Assembly (NCBI RefSeq): GCF_001194135.2
Contig: NC_068989.1
Location: 37,718,883-37,782,850, forward strand
DNA from: Octopus bimaculoides
Lineage: Eukaryota
Direction of reading: 5' to 3'
DNA: 63,968 nucleotides
Shown: positions 39,514-54,568 of the stretch, piece by piece
Layout of the letters: every line of letters starts with the position of its first letter
Position numbering within the stretch: position 1 is the first letter of the stretch
Translations under genes and position numbers: made by a program
The notes under the pieces: generated by a model
Told to the model about the DNA's origin: nothing
The model's input: the letters and a program-made list of their open reading frames with translations, nothing else
Database searches by the model: none

Positions 39514-41061
39514 TGAGTTTTATATCGTTTAAAACCTTTCTGAATTTCTAAGCTAGTTCATCTCTAAAGGTAGCTTCAACAAACATTACTCCTTGAAATC
39601 TGCCCTGCTTTTTATTCTGTCTAATCTGTTCCAGGATTTGCGTTGATGCATGGAGCACACTCAATTCGTACCAATAATTCTTTTTATTATAGGCATAAGG
39701 CATGAACTTTGTGGATTACATCGATTCCAGTGCTGAAATGATATTTATTTTACCAACCCCAGCTTGTATTTAATTGACGGAATTTGATTTCAGAGCATAA
39801 AACTGAAAGAAATGCCGCTAAGTATTTTGACTGATATCCTAATAACTCTTCCAGTTCAACGTCCTAAAATAATAAATGTGTGGTTTGTAAAACTTAAACC
39901 TGTATTGGATATATTGAATTACCATAGATAATTTATCCCTTTGCCTGACACTACCAGCAAACTACGAACATCAGTTAATACTGATAATGATAATTTGAAG
40001 CAAATTTTGGCTCTTCTGTGTACTTTGATTCTGTCTTGTTGATTATATCTAGTGAAGAGTTAAGTTTGGTTGATGAAATCTCGTACATGTTTTTGATGTT
40101 CACTAGGTCAACACATTGGTTATTCATATTTCATCACTTTTACTAGACCTGCTATCAAGATGTTTATTTTTTTACATTTAATACATCAAAATTATGTTAG
40201 ACAGTATTTTGTAGCCATGAAATTCATATAATGTGAATGAAAGGATTTGTATTTCGTTTTCTATAACTTCTAACCAGATTCAGGATAGGCAGTCTGTTGT
40301 AGGGATTAATGAATATCGTGGATGGGGTTAGCTATGTATTTGATGCTCTTCATGGTGCATTTTTTTTCTAATTCTTGGGTATAGTTTTCTGTAAAAGAAA
40401 CACTAAGGTTTTTGTCATTTACGTATCTGGAATACATATAGCTGTGGAATATTTTGCTAAAAACTTTTTAAATCTTCTGTTTCTCTACAACATAAAGAGG
40501 CTGTCTAAGCTGTGCAATCCTGTCTTTTTTCCTTGGCACAGTGCATTCCTACCATCTAATAGGTCTTCTTTTCTAAAACAGTAGAGAGAAATTTGAATGA
40601 GATTTGCTTGCTGTTTCAAGTCATTTATGAATAAACAACCTTCATTCTTTATAAGAATAGCACAATATGACTTAATGTGTCCTTATTTATGATGCTAAAT
40701 TGTGATTTAAGTGAGTGTTAGCTACTATTTGTAGTGAGCCAAACAACTACATATAGGCTATCTTGTGTATTTGTAACATTTGGTATGAATTTAGCAAATA
40801 ATCTTTTATGTCATGTTATAGTTATGAGCAAAGCTCGTTTTTGTTTTACACTTTGTAAACATTTTTCTATAGTGTTAGCAAGAATTGCAACAGATAAACT
40901 GATGTCAGGTAGACAGATGCAGATATCACTAATGGAAATCAAATTTTATCATGTTTCAATGATGCAAGGAGGTGGATATCATACAATACATATATTTAGC
41001 TTAATATTCACCCCACTCCACATCACACTCACAAACACACACACACACACGCACACACGCG

Positions 41062-41113
<52 letters not shown>

Positions 41114-41123
41114 NNNNNNNNNN

Positions 41124-41168
<45 letters not shown>

Positions 41169-41476
41169 ATGGATACGTCATTATTTTGCCTTGCTTCTAC
41201 GAAATTCCTTTAGTCTCTACATTTTGAACAAAAAAAGATTTTTCTTTGTTCAAAATGACAGAACTAGTCTCTCAGAAAAACCTATTCTTGTGTGTATATT
41301 GTCATGTAGACAATGTACTACATATTGTTTGTGTTTCTCTACATAGGTAATGCATAAATATATAGACCTGTATGTGTATATAATTCATATACTGTTCTGT
41401 AGTTCTCTAAAGTATGTGAATACATATAAACATTTTATAAATATACGAATAATGAATATTGTTTATATATATGTAT

Positions 41477-41530
<54 letters not shown>

Positions 41531-42362
41531 TTACATATACATACATGGACATACATATATATACAAATATATAAATACATACACGCATATATATATATCA
41601 TGTACATACAAGGGTATATTGAAAGTGTATATTCAAGTGATGAAATGAAACAAACGAATGATGAATTCCATTTCCTTGTTACACAGGTATCACCAATCAA
41701 CTTAACGAATAGTTTTCTATAATTTTGTGTGCATGCCTGTTAAGCATCTGTTGAAATTATCTGTAATGGTGGAAGTCTTTTGAATAAATTGAGGAAATTA
41801 AATGAGGAAATGAAATATATTGATTCTTTGTTAGAAATCATAAAAAAATTTAACATTCCTTTTCTATTTATTATTTTTTTTTTGCTACACAGGCAGCTAG
41901 AATTTTAGTGATAGATGTTCGATGTGTGTATGTTTAATGTGAGTATGTATGAATACATAATGGAGCAGTAAGCATACGTATGGTTCAGTGGTTAAGAAGT
42001 TTATTTCACAACCATGAGGTACCACTCTAGTATCCTGCTATGCAGATACTTGGCAAGTGTTTTTCATTGACTTCAGCTAAGTCATGTGAATTAAATTGAG
42101 TAGCTGAAAACGTGGGGGAAGGGGGGGGGGCTTTTGGATGGACGGTTCGTGTAATTTAAAGGCCAACCTTGTCACACAATGTGTAATGTTGATTCTGAGT
42201 ATGAATTAGGTTTAGGGTACAAGTGTTTATTGAATACTCAACCACTTACACCATGATTCAAGAGTAGACAATTTAGTTGTTAGAACAACTGGAATATTTA
42301 TTGTCACAGCTGGTGGAAGTCCATTTAACATACATACATACATACATACATACATACATACA

Positions 42363-42393
<31 letters not shown>

Positions 42394-44284
42394 GAGTGAC
42401 ACAGTGAAGATTAGTAAGACATTCCAAAGATTCTCCATCTGAGGTTCCTTAGGTAAATAGATGCACACATTTGGGTATGTGCATTGACAGCTCAACCAAA
42501 TCACCAATTCAGCCACATATTTACAAACACCAGGAACCCTCTTAACTCAAAAAAATCTTGTCACTTTGTTAGTGACTGGCTTGAACTCTTTTAAAAAGAA
42601 CTTGAATAATACTCAAAGAAAAACATACATAAATATGTAAACAAATACATATATGTACATACATGCAATTGTGTATGTACATCTGTACACATATATATAA
42701 TAGGCCAGGTCATATATATATCAAAATATGTGCACATCTGTGTATATATGTGTGTTTGTAACATATATATAAATGTGAATGGATATGTGTATATATATAT
42801 ATATGTGTATGTGTGTGTTTGTATGTATATATGTTTGGTATTCAAGTAAAAATATATTAATTTCAGACAACACTGAAATGTGTAAAAATAAAGAGTAAAA
42901 TAGTATTAAAAAAACCCAAACAAAACATGTCTATAATATATGGAATTAGTTTTTAATTTTGAATTTTTGAATGAAGTTCTTCTCTTGCCATTATCTAATG
43001 TATTTCTTTTGGTGTACTTTAACAAACTGTTCTTCTTTTAATGACAGCAAATACATTTGTACAAATTATGAAACCATTTGTAGATAGTCAAAATAGTTCT
43101 GTTGAAAGAGTTGTGGATCTAACAAACCCTAGTTCAATTTTGGGTGTCAGCATGCAAATAAGATTCTGCTTTCTTCTTGAAATTTATTATTTATCAAAAT
43201 CTCTAAAGACAGTGTGTTAGTAGAATTGCTAGAGTGTAGGAAAAAATATTCTACAGTACTATCTCTGGTTCTTTACATCCTGAGTTCAAACCCCACTGAG
43301 GTCAACTCTTCCTTTCATTCCTAGGTGGTGGTGGTGGGGTCAATAAAATGGAGTATCAGTCAAGTGCTGGGGTTGATGTAATCAAGAAGACTCTCCCACC
43401 AAGTTTAGACATTTTTCATTGTTTTAATTAACCTACTGTATCAATTCTTGATGATTTATGTGTGTGGATATGAATTTGACAAGGACAGGATTTCAGTTCA
43501 GAACATGGAGAGGTGAAGTGTGTGGTGTGATGCTCTTCCATACATCATTTTGTCCCTGAAAAATTCCTATGACAATGTTCGACTGATTTTATTTATTTAT
43601 TTTTTTGGGTGTGTGATAAAAATTTGCATTTTGAGAAAAAATATAACCAAATCTATTCTTCATCATATTTTTTCTCTTTCAATCTATAATTAAAAAACTT
43701 ATTTTTTACTTCATGCAATTTTCCTGTTCAGCAAATCTCTTGGAAAATAGAAAATATATGTAAAATACCCTTCTAGGCACAGAGCTATGCCTACTATTTG
43801 TCTTTATAAAAGAAATGCATTTCTATATATTTTTTTAATATAGAATTGTATTTCTATACGTATATATGTTTTAAATGTTAGGCATATTAGTCGATGTATC
43901 TAGTGAATGTGAGCATGTATGTGAATAATATAAGAATAAGGATGTAAAGAATTCTTTCTGTACTACTGATGAGCAGAAAAAAATAAGAGCCCCAACTAAT
44001 TTATCATTTCACAGTTTCTTCACTCCTTGTCATAGAAGACATACTTGGATTGCTTCTCTAAATAATAGTTTAAATTAGCTGCTTATGAAGTAGTCAAAAA
44101 TTAGTCTAACACTGTAGTACACACTCTAATTTGCATATTTATGCTTTTAATAGCTTGTATTTAATTGACCAATATTAATTTAAGCCTAAAATGGTGTAAT
44201 TCAGAAGAACTGAAATAAATTTCAATATTTAACCCACAGAGACTTTGTAATATTTAAATTTATTTCTGTTGTGCATCATAAGAT

Positions 44285-44366
<82 letters not shown>

Positions 44367-44980
44367 TGTGTGTGTATCTATCTGTTTGTTTGTCTATCTG
44401 TCTGCATAGATAGATAGATAGATAGATAAATGGCAACCTCATTGCTTAGTCTGGAAGAAGATTGGTGCCCATGACTCTTTACAGGGCTTTCATGGATGAT
44501 GTTAAACTGGGCAACGAATTAAGTGTGTGTGTGTGTTATGGCCGACCTCCAACCATAAGTAGCATGCAAGAAATGAAACATTGTAACAAGATGTTGCTCT
44601 TCAACTCCCTGAATCTTGCTAAAATCTCCTACCCATGCCGGCATGGAGAATGAATATAAAATGACAAAAATGACGATGTGTGTGTGTGTGTATGTGTGTG
44701 TGTGCATGTGTGTTTGTGTGTGTACTGGTTTAGATAGATAAATAGATAGCTAGACTACTAGAGATATTTCATCATATTATCTCCTTCGTATTATGGTCAT
44801 TAATTCTTCCTTCAGTTCTTTTATTACTATCATCAGTTTTCTCTTAAATTTTTTTATCAATTATTTTATTTACTGTTTTGAATATGCCATTATACTGTTT
44901 GTCTAGGTTTTGTAGCATTAATTCTACTAACCTTTTTCCTAACACTTTCCCTAAAAGCAGCCTATGGGCTTTGCTTGGAT

Positions 44981-45720
44981 TGGAGTGGTTGTGTGGTAAG
45001 AAGCTTGCTTCCCGACCACATGGTTCTGGGTTTAGTCCCTCTGCATGGCACCTTGGGCAAGTGTCTTCTTGGGCTAACCAAAGCCTTGTGAGTAGATTTG
45101 GTAGATGGAAACTGAAAGAAGCTCATCATATATGTATGTATGTGTGTGTATGTATGTATGTATTTGTGTATCTGGTGGAGGCGCAATGGCCCAGTAGTTA
45201 GGGCAGCGGACTCATGGTCATAGGATCGCAGTTTCAATTCCCAGACCGGGCATTGTGAGTGTTTATTGAGTGAAAACACCTAAAGTTCCACGAGGCTCCG
45301 GCAGGGGATGGTGGCGAACCCTACTGTACTCTTTCACCACAACTTTCTCTCACTCTTACTTCCTGTTTCTGTCGTGCCTGTAATTCAAAGGGTCAGCCTT
45401 GTCACACAGTGTCACACTGAATATCCCTGAGAACTACGTTAAGGGCACACGTGTCTGTGGAGTGCTCAGCCACTTGCACGTTAATTTCACGAGCAGGCTG
45501 TTCCATTGATTGGATCAACTGGAACCCTCGACGTCGTAAGTGACGGAGTGCCAACAACAACAACATTTGTGTGTCTGTGTTTTTCCTCCCACCATCACTT
45601 GACAACCGATGTTGGTGTGTCTATGTTCCCGTAACTTAGTAGTTTGGTAAAGGAGTCCAATAGAATGAGTCCTGGGGTTGATTATGCTTGACTGAAAGCG
45701 GTGCTCCAGCATGGCCAACT
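44981..45720 (+). mobile_element. Composite SINE (head 44981-45127, tail 45578-45720) interrupted by another SINE
   Basis: Head and tail match the family at 10075-10520. Confidence 0.75.
45175..45564 (+). mobile_element. Full-length tRNA-headed SINE with (CAA)n tail and 13-bp TSD
   Basis: A box TGGCCCAGTAG, B box GTTTCAATTCC. TSD is ATTTGTGTATCTG / ATTTGTGTGTCTG. Confidence 0.85.
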
Positions 45721-47629
45721 GATAGAAATAACTGTTGTGCTATATTTAATCTAGCCCTCAATGATTTTAGTCTCTCCATTATTTTCTTTTGAGTATTTTG
45801 AATAGTGGAATTATTAAAGTATTGGATAAAATTTCTTACAATATCTAATTGCAGTTCTTAACATTGCAAGTTCAAATCATATTGAGGTCAACTTCCATCC
45901 TTCTAGGGTTGATGAATGAATTTATCTGTCAAGTACTGGGATCAATTTAATCAACTATCTCAACTCCACAGTACAAACTCTTTGTAACTATGTGAGAAAT
46001 CGATAATAACTATTCTTTATCTAGTAAAGAAAATACAAAGACCAGTAATTATCTTTTCACTATGAACCATCCTGTCTTGCTCTGCCCTGTTTCATAGAAG
46101 CATTTAACATCCTTTTATGCATATCTTATATATTGCTGTACAGTCAGAATGATAATTATGCAGCCTCAGTAACATTTGTAACATAATGTAATCTAAGGAA
46201 ACTGTTCTTGCAAAGAAACAAAATCTATTACAAAATGATATCTTATTATCACACATTACTATAGACAATGGTGGTGGCTCTGTGTGGTGTGTGGTAACTT
46301 GATCTAAATTTCCCTCACATCATTCCCTATTACCTTCAAAAATACAAAAACAAGGAAAGGATACATTGACTAATGTAGTCCTAGATGCACAATGTCTGAA
46401 ATAAAAGATACACTGGTCATAGCTAGAATCATTATAGATATACTAAATCATGATTTATCAAGGGTTAAACAATAATAACTATTGGTGCATCATTACAACC
46501 ATTGATATCGACTATGTTAAAAGTTAGTCTTAAACAGGAGGAGGAGGTATTGTGCATGGAGTTAGTCCTAGCATTCTATTAGTTCTGAGTTTATAAACTT
46601 GGAAGGCAAATGAAATCTGGTGGGATTGAACTCAAAGCAGTGTAGTAATAAACAGCCTCCAGACATACTTCTTACTGTTTGTACATACCCAAAATAAAGG
46701 AATAATAGTGAAGAATCAAAAAATCCAACTAAAACAAATGCTATGCTGTTGAAGGACCTGTCTGTCTTTGGTTAATGAAGAAGAAGGAATGAGGTGAGTA
46801 ACTAAATAGAACAAGAAAAAAAACAGCGATGCTGTCTGGTCTCTTTTCTGAAGTACTAATTACTTGATGGTGAATAAGCTTATTTGGTAAAGAAAATATA
46901 ATTCAATAACCAATAATTCTCTTCTATCAACTATCCCATCTCATTCTGCCCAGTCCCAAGGTATTTCTTATAGTCATTTGTTTGTTTGTCTTGCTAGCAG
47001 AAAAAAAGTGAAAAAGTGGTTTACTAGTAGATGCAAGGGAGAGAGTGAGGGAAAAGAGTGGGTAAGAGAGAGGAAGAGAGAGAGAGAAAGAGAGAGAATG
47101 TCTTTGGTTTGTCGATAAGATATCCGCTTCCAATCTCTAGCTCTGTTTTTCCTTAATTGAAACACTGCAGAAGCCTATGGATTTTAATATCAAGTGTGGA
47201 AGAAGAAGAAAGATAAAGGTAAAGAAAGTGGATGGGAAAGAAGAAAAAGAAGGAAAAAAGGATGGGAAGAAGAGGAAGAAATATGTTGAGAGAGTGGAGA
47301 GTTATTTGTAAAGCACACATTTCCTGCTTCATTTCGACACTGAAAATAACTTTAATAACTTGAGCCACGTCCAGCAGGGCATTTTGTAACATACACAGAC
47401 AACACTGGAGGAAATTAACAAATCTGTGAGACTATGAGAATAAAAAGATAGCAAAAGAACAAAGAAACAAAAAAAAAAAATGAACCACCAACTGATTCAT
47501 TTGCTAGACTAGGATTCTCACCAACAAACCACTCACCACCTGATAGAGAGAAAAAGGAAAATACTTTTACCTTTTTTTACATTATTTATTTATATATATA
47601 TGCATACACATCCAGTCACATATACAATT

Positions 47630-47663
<34 letters not shown>

Positions 47664-47750
47664 TATTTGCATAGATGCATATAAATATATATATGTATGT
47701 GTATGGCTATATGTACGTTTATATTGGTATATCTTTTTGGTTCATTACCT

Positions 47751-47798
<48 letters not shown>

Positions 47799-50743
47799 AA
47801 CATGCACACATGTATATTTATATGTCTATGTATGTGCTTATGCAAAGTGCTTCTGGTGATAATTTGTTGTTATCCAACTTCCTGAAATTTTCCATTTTAG
47901 TTAACCACTACAAGTTCAATATATCTATTATGTTATTGATCACATCTTCCCTATTTAGTCCTCACTGGATTCTCTAATTTTTAACGCCACAACCTCTATT
48001 ATTGATGGCTGTGGTGGTACTGTTACTGTTGAATGATTGGAATCGCTTTACAAATTGTCAGGTTATTTTTCTTTTAACAGTTTTACTTTTGAAATTTCCA
48101 TTATTGTAGCTGTTCCATTTTCTTTTTATGTGAGAGCGAGTGATATTTTTATCATTGCATTTTGAAACACTATGCACACGTGTGCACATGCACACACACA
48201 CACACACACACACATACATTCACACAAATGATGTGGTGTCTGGCAATGCTAGTGATGCAAAGTGACTGAAACCATTTGGTTTTAAAGACTAGATTCACTT
48301 CAACCTACATTGTCTACATTGTTCAAATGTTTCCTGAACTTATTTTCTGGGATTGTCTCCCTTTATATGATGCTTTTTTTTTTTTAAGATTCAAAATACT
48401 TCTTGGAGTTTTATTGTCTAATTCCTTGGATAAACTTGACAGTATTTATATGTAGTTGAAGAACACTTCCCAGAGGTATTTTCCTCAGTTATGTTGTTGG
48501 AACTCATAGTTAGTATCACTACCCTCTCACTCTATATATATTCGCTGTTCGGTTTTAGCCTAACCAACTGAGTAGAATATACATTTTGAAGGATATCTAA
48601 TAACACTGGAACATGTTTGTTGCTTTTCATCAGTTGGCTGGCTATAACAACAAAATCCTTTCTAATTTGCATTGTGTATATTATCTAAAACACAACCTGA
48701 ACTCCAGACTACTAAGAAACAACATTGTCATGACACAGACAATACTTGTAACCAGTTTGTTGTTTATGTCATTGCAGAAATGTTTCTTATTTCTCAGGTT
48801 TTATGATGAATTCCATGGAAATGCTAAACTGAGATGTATATGTCACTCCGTGTGTAAATGTTATTATTTATTATCTCCAGCAACATATGATAATAAGGAG
48901 ATTTTTTTCTTTTTTTATACTTATTCATTATTTTTAATAAAGCTATATTCTCTAGACACATCATCAACAATGTTATCAATCATAACAACAGTAAGGAAAC
49001 AATAGAAATTCTTTTGTCAAAATTTAAAACAAAATTGCTTGTGGGGAAAATTTTATTAAAAATTTTTTATCTTGCATCTCTTCTCAAATCCATTTAATTA
49101 TCTTCTAACCAATACCTACACACGTTCTTTTCCAATTTTTTCTTATGAAACTATTTTAGTAGTTATTAATAGTATTGTCAGTAGTTAAAAATGTTTTGTT
49201 GTTATCGTTTTTTACAAAGTTGCGACTGTGTAATTTTCTCTATATAACAAACTGTGTTACAAACTTTGCATGCTTCAATTTCAATCCTGGGTTGAAATTG
49301 TTACATATAGAACACTATAAATGACTGGCACAAGGGTAACTTGTTCCATTCCTTGAATATGTGGGGCTTCATGCTTATATTAAAATCATTCACATGCTGG
49401 ATGCTTACGTTTTAAGCTATGCAAAACTTGCTGAAACTAAGAGTATATACAAGGGAAAATTCTCATATGTACTCATATCTGCAAATTTGGCTTTGTATTT
49501 GTTCTTCAATTATAAGTTAACCATATTTAATTTAAGCTCATTTTAATGTTGTAATATAATGATTATGAATTACCATTAAGTTATCCTATTCAATGATTTC
49601 TTCTTTTATCCTATGAAAACTTTTTAACAATTAATACTTTGCCTTTCATCCTTTTGGTATCAATAAAACAAGTACCAGCTGAATATTGGGTTCGATGTAA
49701 TAAATTTATACCCTTCCCTGAACTTGCTGATCTTGTGCCAAAATTTGAAACCAAATGAAAACATGAGTAAAAAGTATTTTAATTTTATTTATTTTACATC
49801 ACAATTTGCAAACAATAGAGTGACTGGTTGCAGTTTTCTGATGGGCAATCTCGTTCAATACATCTATGATGCTAAAAGTAGTAAAGGATTACCTACATAA
49901 CCTAAGTGGAACAATTACTGTAGGGTACTTCTGTCTTGAGTAATGTTTCATCTGTTTTCTTACAAATGTTCTTTACATCTTTTATTGATAGACATCAATG
50001 AAAGATAAACACACACATGCATATATTATATATCAGCAGGCTTCCACACAGTCTTTGTCCACCAAATTCCATATTTCTAAACGTGATATCATAAATCTGC
50101 ACAGAACTACAAATTATCATTGGAGGCATGGAAAAAAAAAATCAAGTAAAATTACTTCAGTACCTCACTGGTACTTTATTTCATTGACATCAATTTTATG
50201 ACTCATTTAGATAAAAGTACCAGTAATATAATGAGAGTCACATCAATCATCGATATTTCTCTACTATATATTAGAATGATTATGCATGTCAGAGTCAGTG
50301 GAACCTTGGACTAAATGCTTTGTTGTACCTCATGTTTTGAGTTCAAATCTTACTAGTGTCAATTTAATCTCTTCATCCTTCTCTAATCAATTAAATAACT
50401 ATAAACCAATTGTGCTCCTTTACCAAAAAGGCTAGAAATCATCATTATCATTATCACCACTATTATCTTCCTCATCATTGTCATCATCATGATCGTTATT
50501 GGAAGAGCAGGACAGTGGCAAAAGTTGCTAAAGCATCTGACAAGATGCATTGCAGTCTTTAGTTACATCTCTTTAGGTTCTTATTTCAAATCCTACTAAA
50601 CTCAGCTTTACTTTTGCATCCTTAGAGGGTTGAGGAAATAAGCACCAGTCAAATAATGAGGCTGATGTAATTAACTGGAAACTTCCTCCACAAAGGTCAG
50701 GTTTTGTAAGGTTATTGAGGGACATTCGCTGCTGTTAAAAAAA

Positions 50744-50788
<45 letters not shown>

Positions 50789-50958
50789 TATCACTGTCAT
50801 CATCATTGTCATGGTTGCCATTGTTGTTCTCATCATTGTTATTGTTGTTACTGTTGTTGCTTGTCTTGACAAAATATACACATTACCCCATACTTGGATT
50901 ACATTTTATTGATTTTTCTTAAAAAAAATTGGATGTCTTTTTTTGTTTTATTATGCAG

Positions 50959-50975
50959 TGCCATTTCAAAGAAAG
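50959..50975 (+). CDS. Candidate 17-nt micro-exon
   Basis: ttttgttttattatgcag|TGCCATTTCAAAGAAAG|gtgaga. Confidence 0.35.
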
Positions 50976-51552
50976 GTGAGAAATTTATTTAAATTTTTTT
51001 TTGGACCAGTTTGGAGGAAAAGTAAAACAAGATAGTTTTGAACATGTTTTTGGTTTAATTTGTTTACAGTCAACACAAAATGTCAATAAGAGATATAGAC
51101 AATGCAACCTCAAAGAAAAACATTGATAACTACACAGAAAACAAATAGAAACAAAATATACAAAAGAATACTTTGCAGCAAGATAAATGCAATTTGAATA
51201 GCCAAAAAAAAAAAAAAGAAGAAGAAAAAACGATTGTTCTGTTGATAATTATAGCACTAACAGTTGTTTTGATGACTTACGTAGCAATAACAACAATAAC
51301 ACACTGCTCTATGGATATTTCTAATAAAGAAATTCTAGAAATGAACATGGTCCAGTCAAAGAACAAAATTATGAGAGCAGTGTGTCCCAAAGGACTGTTA
51401 CCTTGCCTGAGGAACTTGTCCTAAATTAAGCAATGAGTATGGTGGATTATTTATGCCTCACAAAATGAGAGCTGGGGTGTTTTCTGTACACTCTCAAAAG
51501 GTAATTTTAAAGAAGTCTTGGTGTATGTGTTGAAGGATGTAGTTTCTTTCAG

Positions 51553-51597
51553 CTAAGGTCCTCACACAAAAGTGTTTGTAAGCCTTTCAAGACTGAG
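51553..51597 (+). CDS. Candidate 45-nt exon (LRSSHKSVCKPFKTE)
   Basis: tttctttcag| acceptor and GAG|gtaaga donor. Open only in phase 0. Confidence 0.35.
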
Positions 51598-51827
51598 GTA
51601 AGACATCAGCATAGATAATGTGTATACAATCTGCATATAGACAAGTGTGTATTGCACTAAATTTATTATATAAGCACAACAGTCAAGAATATTGGTAGCG
51701 ATGTTTATTCCTGGTGTTGTTACATTTATAGTGCCATATGGGTTAGTGGTAACTGCAGGGGTAACGAGAAATGATATAATGAGGGAACAGCATGGTTTTA
51801 TAAATCTTTATGAGCTCTCAAGACCAC

Positions 51828-51879
<52 letters not shown>

Positions 51880-51881
<2 letters not shown>

Positions 51882-52520
51882 CACCACCATTTGCACATGT
51901 TAGTTCTAATTCCCACGCTGCCATTCTTTTTTCCAACAAACTGTTTATCTTCCCATTGACTCTAACCATCTTCATAAACTCCATGAGCCAGCAGTATGGA
52001 ATATTGTCAGAAAGCTTCCTGTAGTCTATCCAACCAACAACCACGTTGTTTCTGATTCATATTTCACTTAATATCATGTTGTTGATAGACAACAAATCAA
52101 TTTTCCTTGACTTCTTTCTGCATCACTTTGCATTTCTTTTAATAGATTCTCCTTCTGCAGAAAGCTATACACTTCATCTACTATGAAGCCAACTTATAAT
52201 TATCTGAGTAATAGCGAGTATGTAATAGGTCTCTAATTACTGTCTTACCCTTTCTTTTCTTTGTCCTTGTATTTTAGCATTGTCTTTCCTGTTTGTCATC
52301 CATGCTGGTGTTCCATTTTCTATGCAGTCAGTAAAAGATGGTTGTATATAACTGTATAAATGAGAGAGTTTTTTTCCGTTGAACCAAAATCCCTAAGCAC
52401 CATATGGTACATAGATTTACCAATTTGGTAATTTCTTAAGCATCCATTTCACTCTATTGACTACAACCTTCATCCTAAACCCAAAATTACTGGCTTTGTT
52501 TCCAAATTATAAATAATCAC
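51880..52520 (-). mobile_element. R4/Dong-like non-LTR retrotransposon, RT remnant
   Basis: KKLPNW..., GFWF, RPIT and GWIDYRKLSDNIPYCW, matching the W-I-D-Y-x-K-A-x-D-x-x-P-H-x-W motif. Many stops. Confidence 0.75.
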
Positions 52521-52534
52521 TATTTAAAAAGCAA

Positions 52535-52800
52535 TTCATCATCATCATCATCATCGTCGTTTAACGTCCAATTTCCATGCTAGCATGGGTTGGACGATTT
52601 GACTGAGGACTGGTGAAACACCAGGCTCCAATCTGATTTGGCAGAATTTCTACAGCTGGATGCCCTTCCTAACGCCAACCACTCCGAGAGTGTAGTGGGT
52701 GCTTTTACGTGCCACCGGCACGAAGGCCAGTCAGGCGGTACTGGCAACGGCCATGCTCAAAATGGTGTATTTTACGTGCCACCTGCACAGGAGCCAGTTA
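52535..52800 (-). mobile_element. Dispersed repeat with (GAT)n tail (SINE or LINE 3' end)
   Basis: CATCATCGTTTAACGTCC...CATGCTAGCATGGGTTGGACG. Related copies at 58117-58223 and 58345-58780. Confidence 0.7.
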
Positions 52801-53120
52801 TATATATGCTTATATATATATATATATGTATATATGTTTATATATATATGTGTGTATATGTANNNNNNNNNNGATTTGACTGAGGACTGGTGAAACACCA
52901 GGCTCCAATCTGATTTGGCAGAATTTCTACAGCTGGATGCCCTTCCTAACGCCAACCACTCCGAGAGTGTAGTGGGTGCTTTTACGTGCCACCGGCACGA
53001 AGGCCAGTCAGGCGGTACTGGCAACGGCCATGCTCAAAATGGTGTATTTTACGTGCCACCTGCACAGGAGCCAGTTATATATATGCTTATATATATATAT
53101 ACATGTATTTATATATATAA

Positions 53121-54568
53121 TTTACTTCCTCCCCAAGATCCACAAACCTAACAACCCTGGCCGCCCCATCGTCTCCACCTGCAACTGCTCCACTGAACTC
53201 ATCTCCAGATATCTTGACCATGTCCTTGCCCCCTAGTGGCTTCCCTCCCGTCTCACATCCATGATACCAACCATGCTCTTCGTTTGTTCAACTCTTTCTC
53301 CTTCTCTCCTGGCCCTTCTAAACTTCATTCTTGACATCAAGAGCTTATAGACGGTGATCCCCCACCACAAGGAGCTGCGTGCATTCCAACATTTCCTTGA
53401 CCTTCGACCCAACCCCAACCTAACACATCCACACTCCTTCGTCTGGTCGAACCTGTCCTCTCACTTAACTGCTTCTCGTTCGTGGGTGATTTTTACCAGT
53501 AGAGGTCGGGAGTGGCCATGGGAACGAGAATGGGCCCGAACTATGCGAACCTATTCATTGGCTACGTTGAGGCCCAAATATTCTCAAGTTTCACTGGTCC
53601 CAATCCGAAACTATACGGTAGTTATATTGACGGCTGTATCGGTGTAACCTCACTCTCCCACAAACATTTAGACTCCTTCCTTTCTTTTGTCAAATCTTTC
53701 CATCCTGCCCTCCGCTTCTCCTGCACTATTTCTGACACTTCCATTGCCTTTCTTGACATTTCGGTCAGCATTCCTCACTCCACTCTCACCACCTCCATCC
53801 ACTACAAACACACAGACCCACACTCTTACTTCAACTTCTCCTCCTCCCACTCTAAACACACCAAGCTCTCCATCCCCTATTCCCAATTCTTCCGGCTACG
53901 CAGGCTCTGCAGTGACAATTATGACTTTGAGACTCAGTCTCAGCTCATGGTTCGCTAGTTCATCCTACGTGGATATCCCCTCACCACTCTGCACACCGCC
54001 CTTGCAAGAGCACGTTCCGTGGACCGTGCATCTGCTCTCTCCCTTCGCACCCGTCCCACCATCACCGTCTTCTGTTTCCTCTAACCTGTCACCCCACCAC
54101 TCTACTACTCCAACGCACCGTTCTCCGAGCCTTCCGGTAACTCCAATCCGACTCCTCCACTTCGCACATCTTCCCAAACTGACCCCTCCCCTCCTTCAAA
54201 CGAGCCCACAACCTACAAGATCTCTCGGTCCACAGCTTCTTCCCTAACCCAACCTCCCAACTCGGCGCGTTCCCCTGCTTCTGCCCACGCTGCTGCACTT
54301 GTCCTTACCGCTCCAACACCATCCTCCTCATAGGCACCTATCATCGACCCTATCATATTACTGACTCCTTCACCTGCACTTCTAGCAACGTCATCTACTG
54401 CATCTCCTGCTCTCCCTGTCCTTCTTTATACATCGGTCAAACGGGACGCCACTTGGCTGACCGGTTCGCAGAACACCACCGATACATCAGACTCGGCAAC
54501 AACTCCCTGGTCATTCTTTCCAGCATCTGTCTGTGTTCAGATTGTCTTTGCACAGGGGCCATCCGGAC
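53121..54568 (+). mobile_element. Penelope-like element: RT plus GIY-YIG endonuclease, degenerate and 5'-truncated
   Basis: LPKIHKPNNPGRPIVS, AMGTRMGPNYANLF, YIDG (in place of YIDD), YKHTDPHSY, and NVIYCISCSPCPSLYIGQTGRHLADRFAEH. Frameshifted. Confidence 0.92.

Noticed and set aside
45175-45250. tRNA-like A/B boxes here and at 5650, 6600 and 15582
   Set aside because: These are SINE heads without a full cloverleaf, so no tRNA gene is called.
52596-53102. Essentially identical ~230-bp tandem duplication (52596-52825 and 52873-53102)
   Set aside because: The copies flank a 10-N placeholder gap, so this is most likely an unmerged contig overlap rather than biology.
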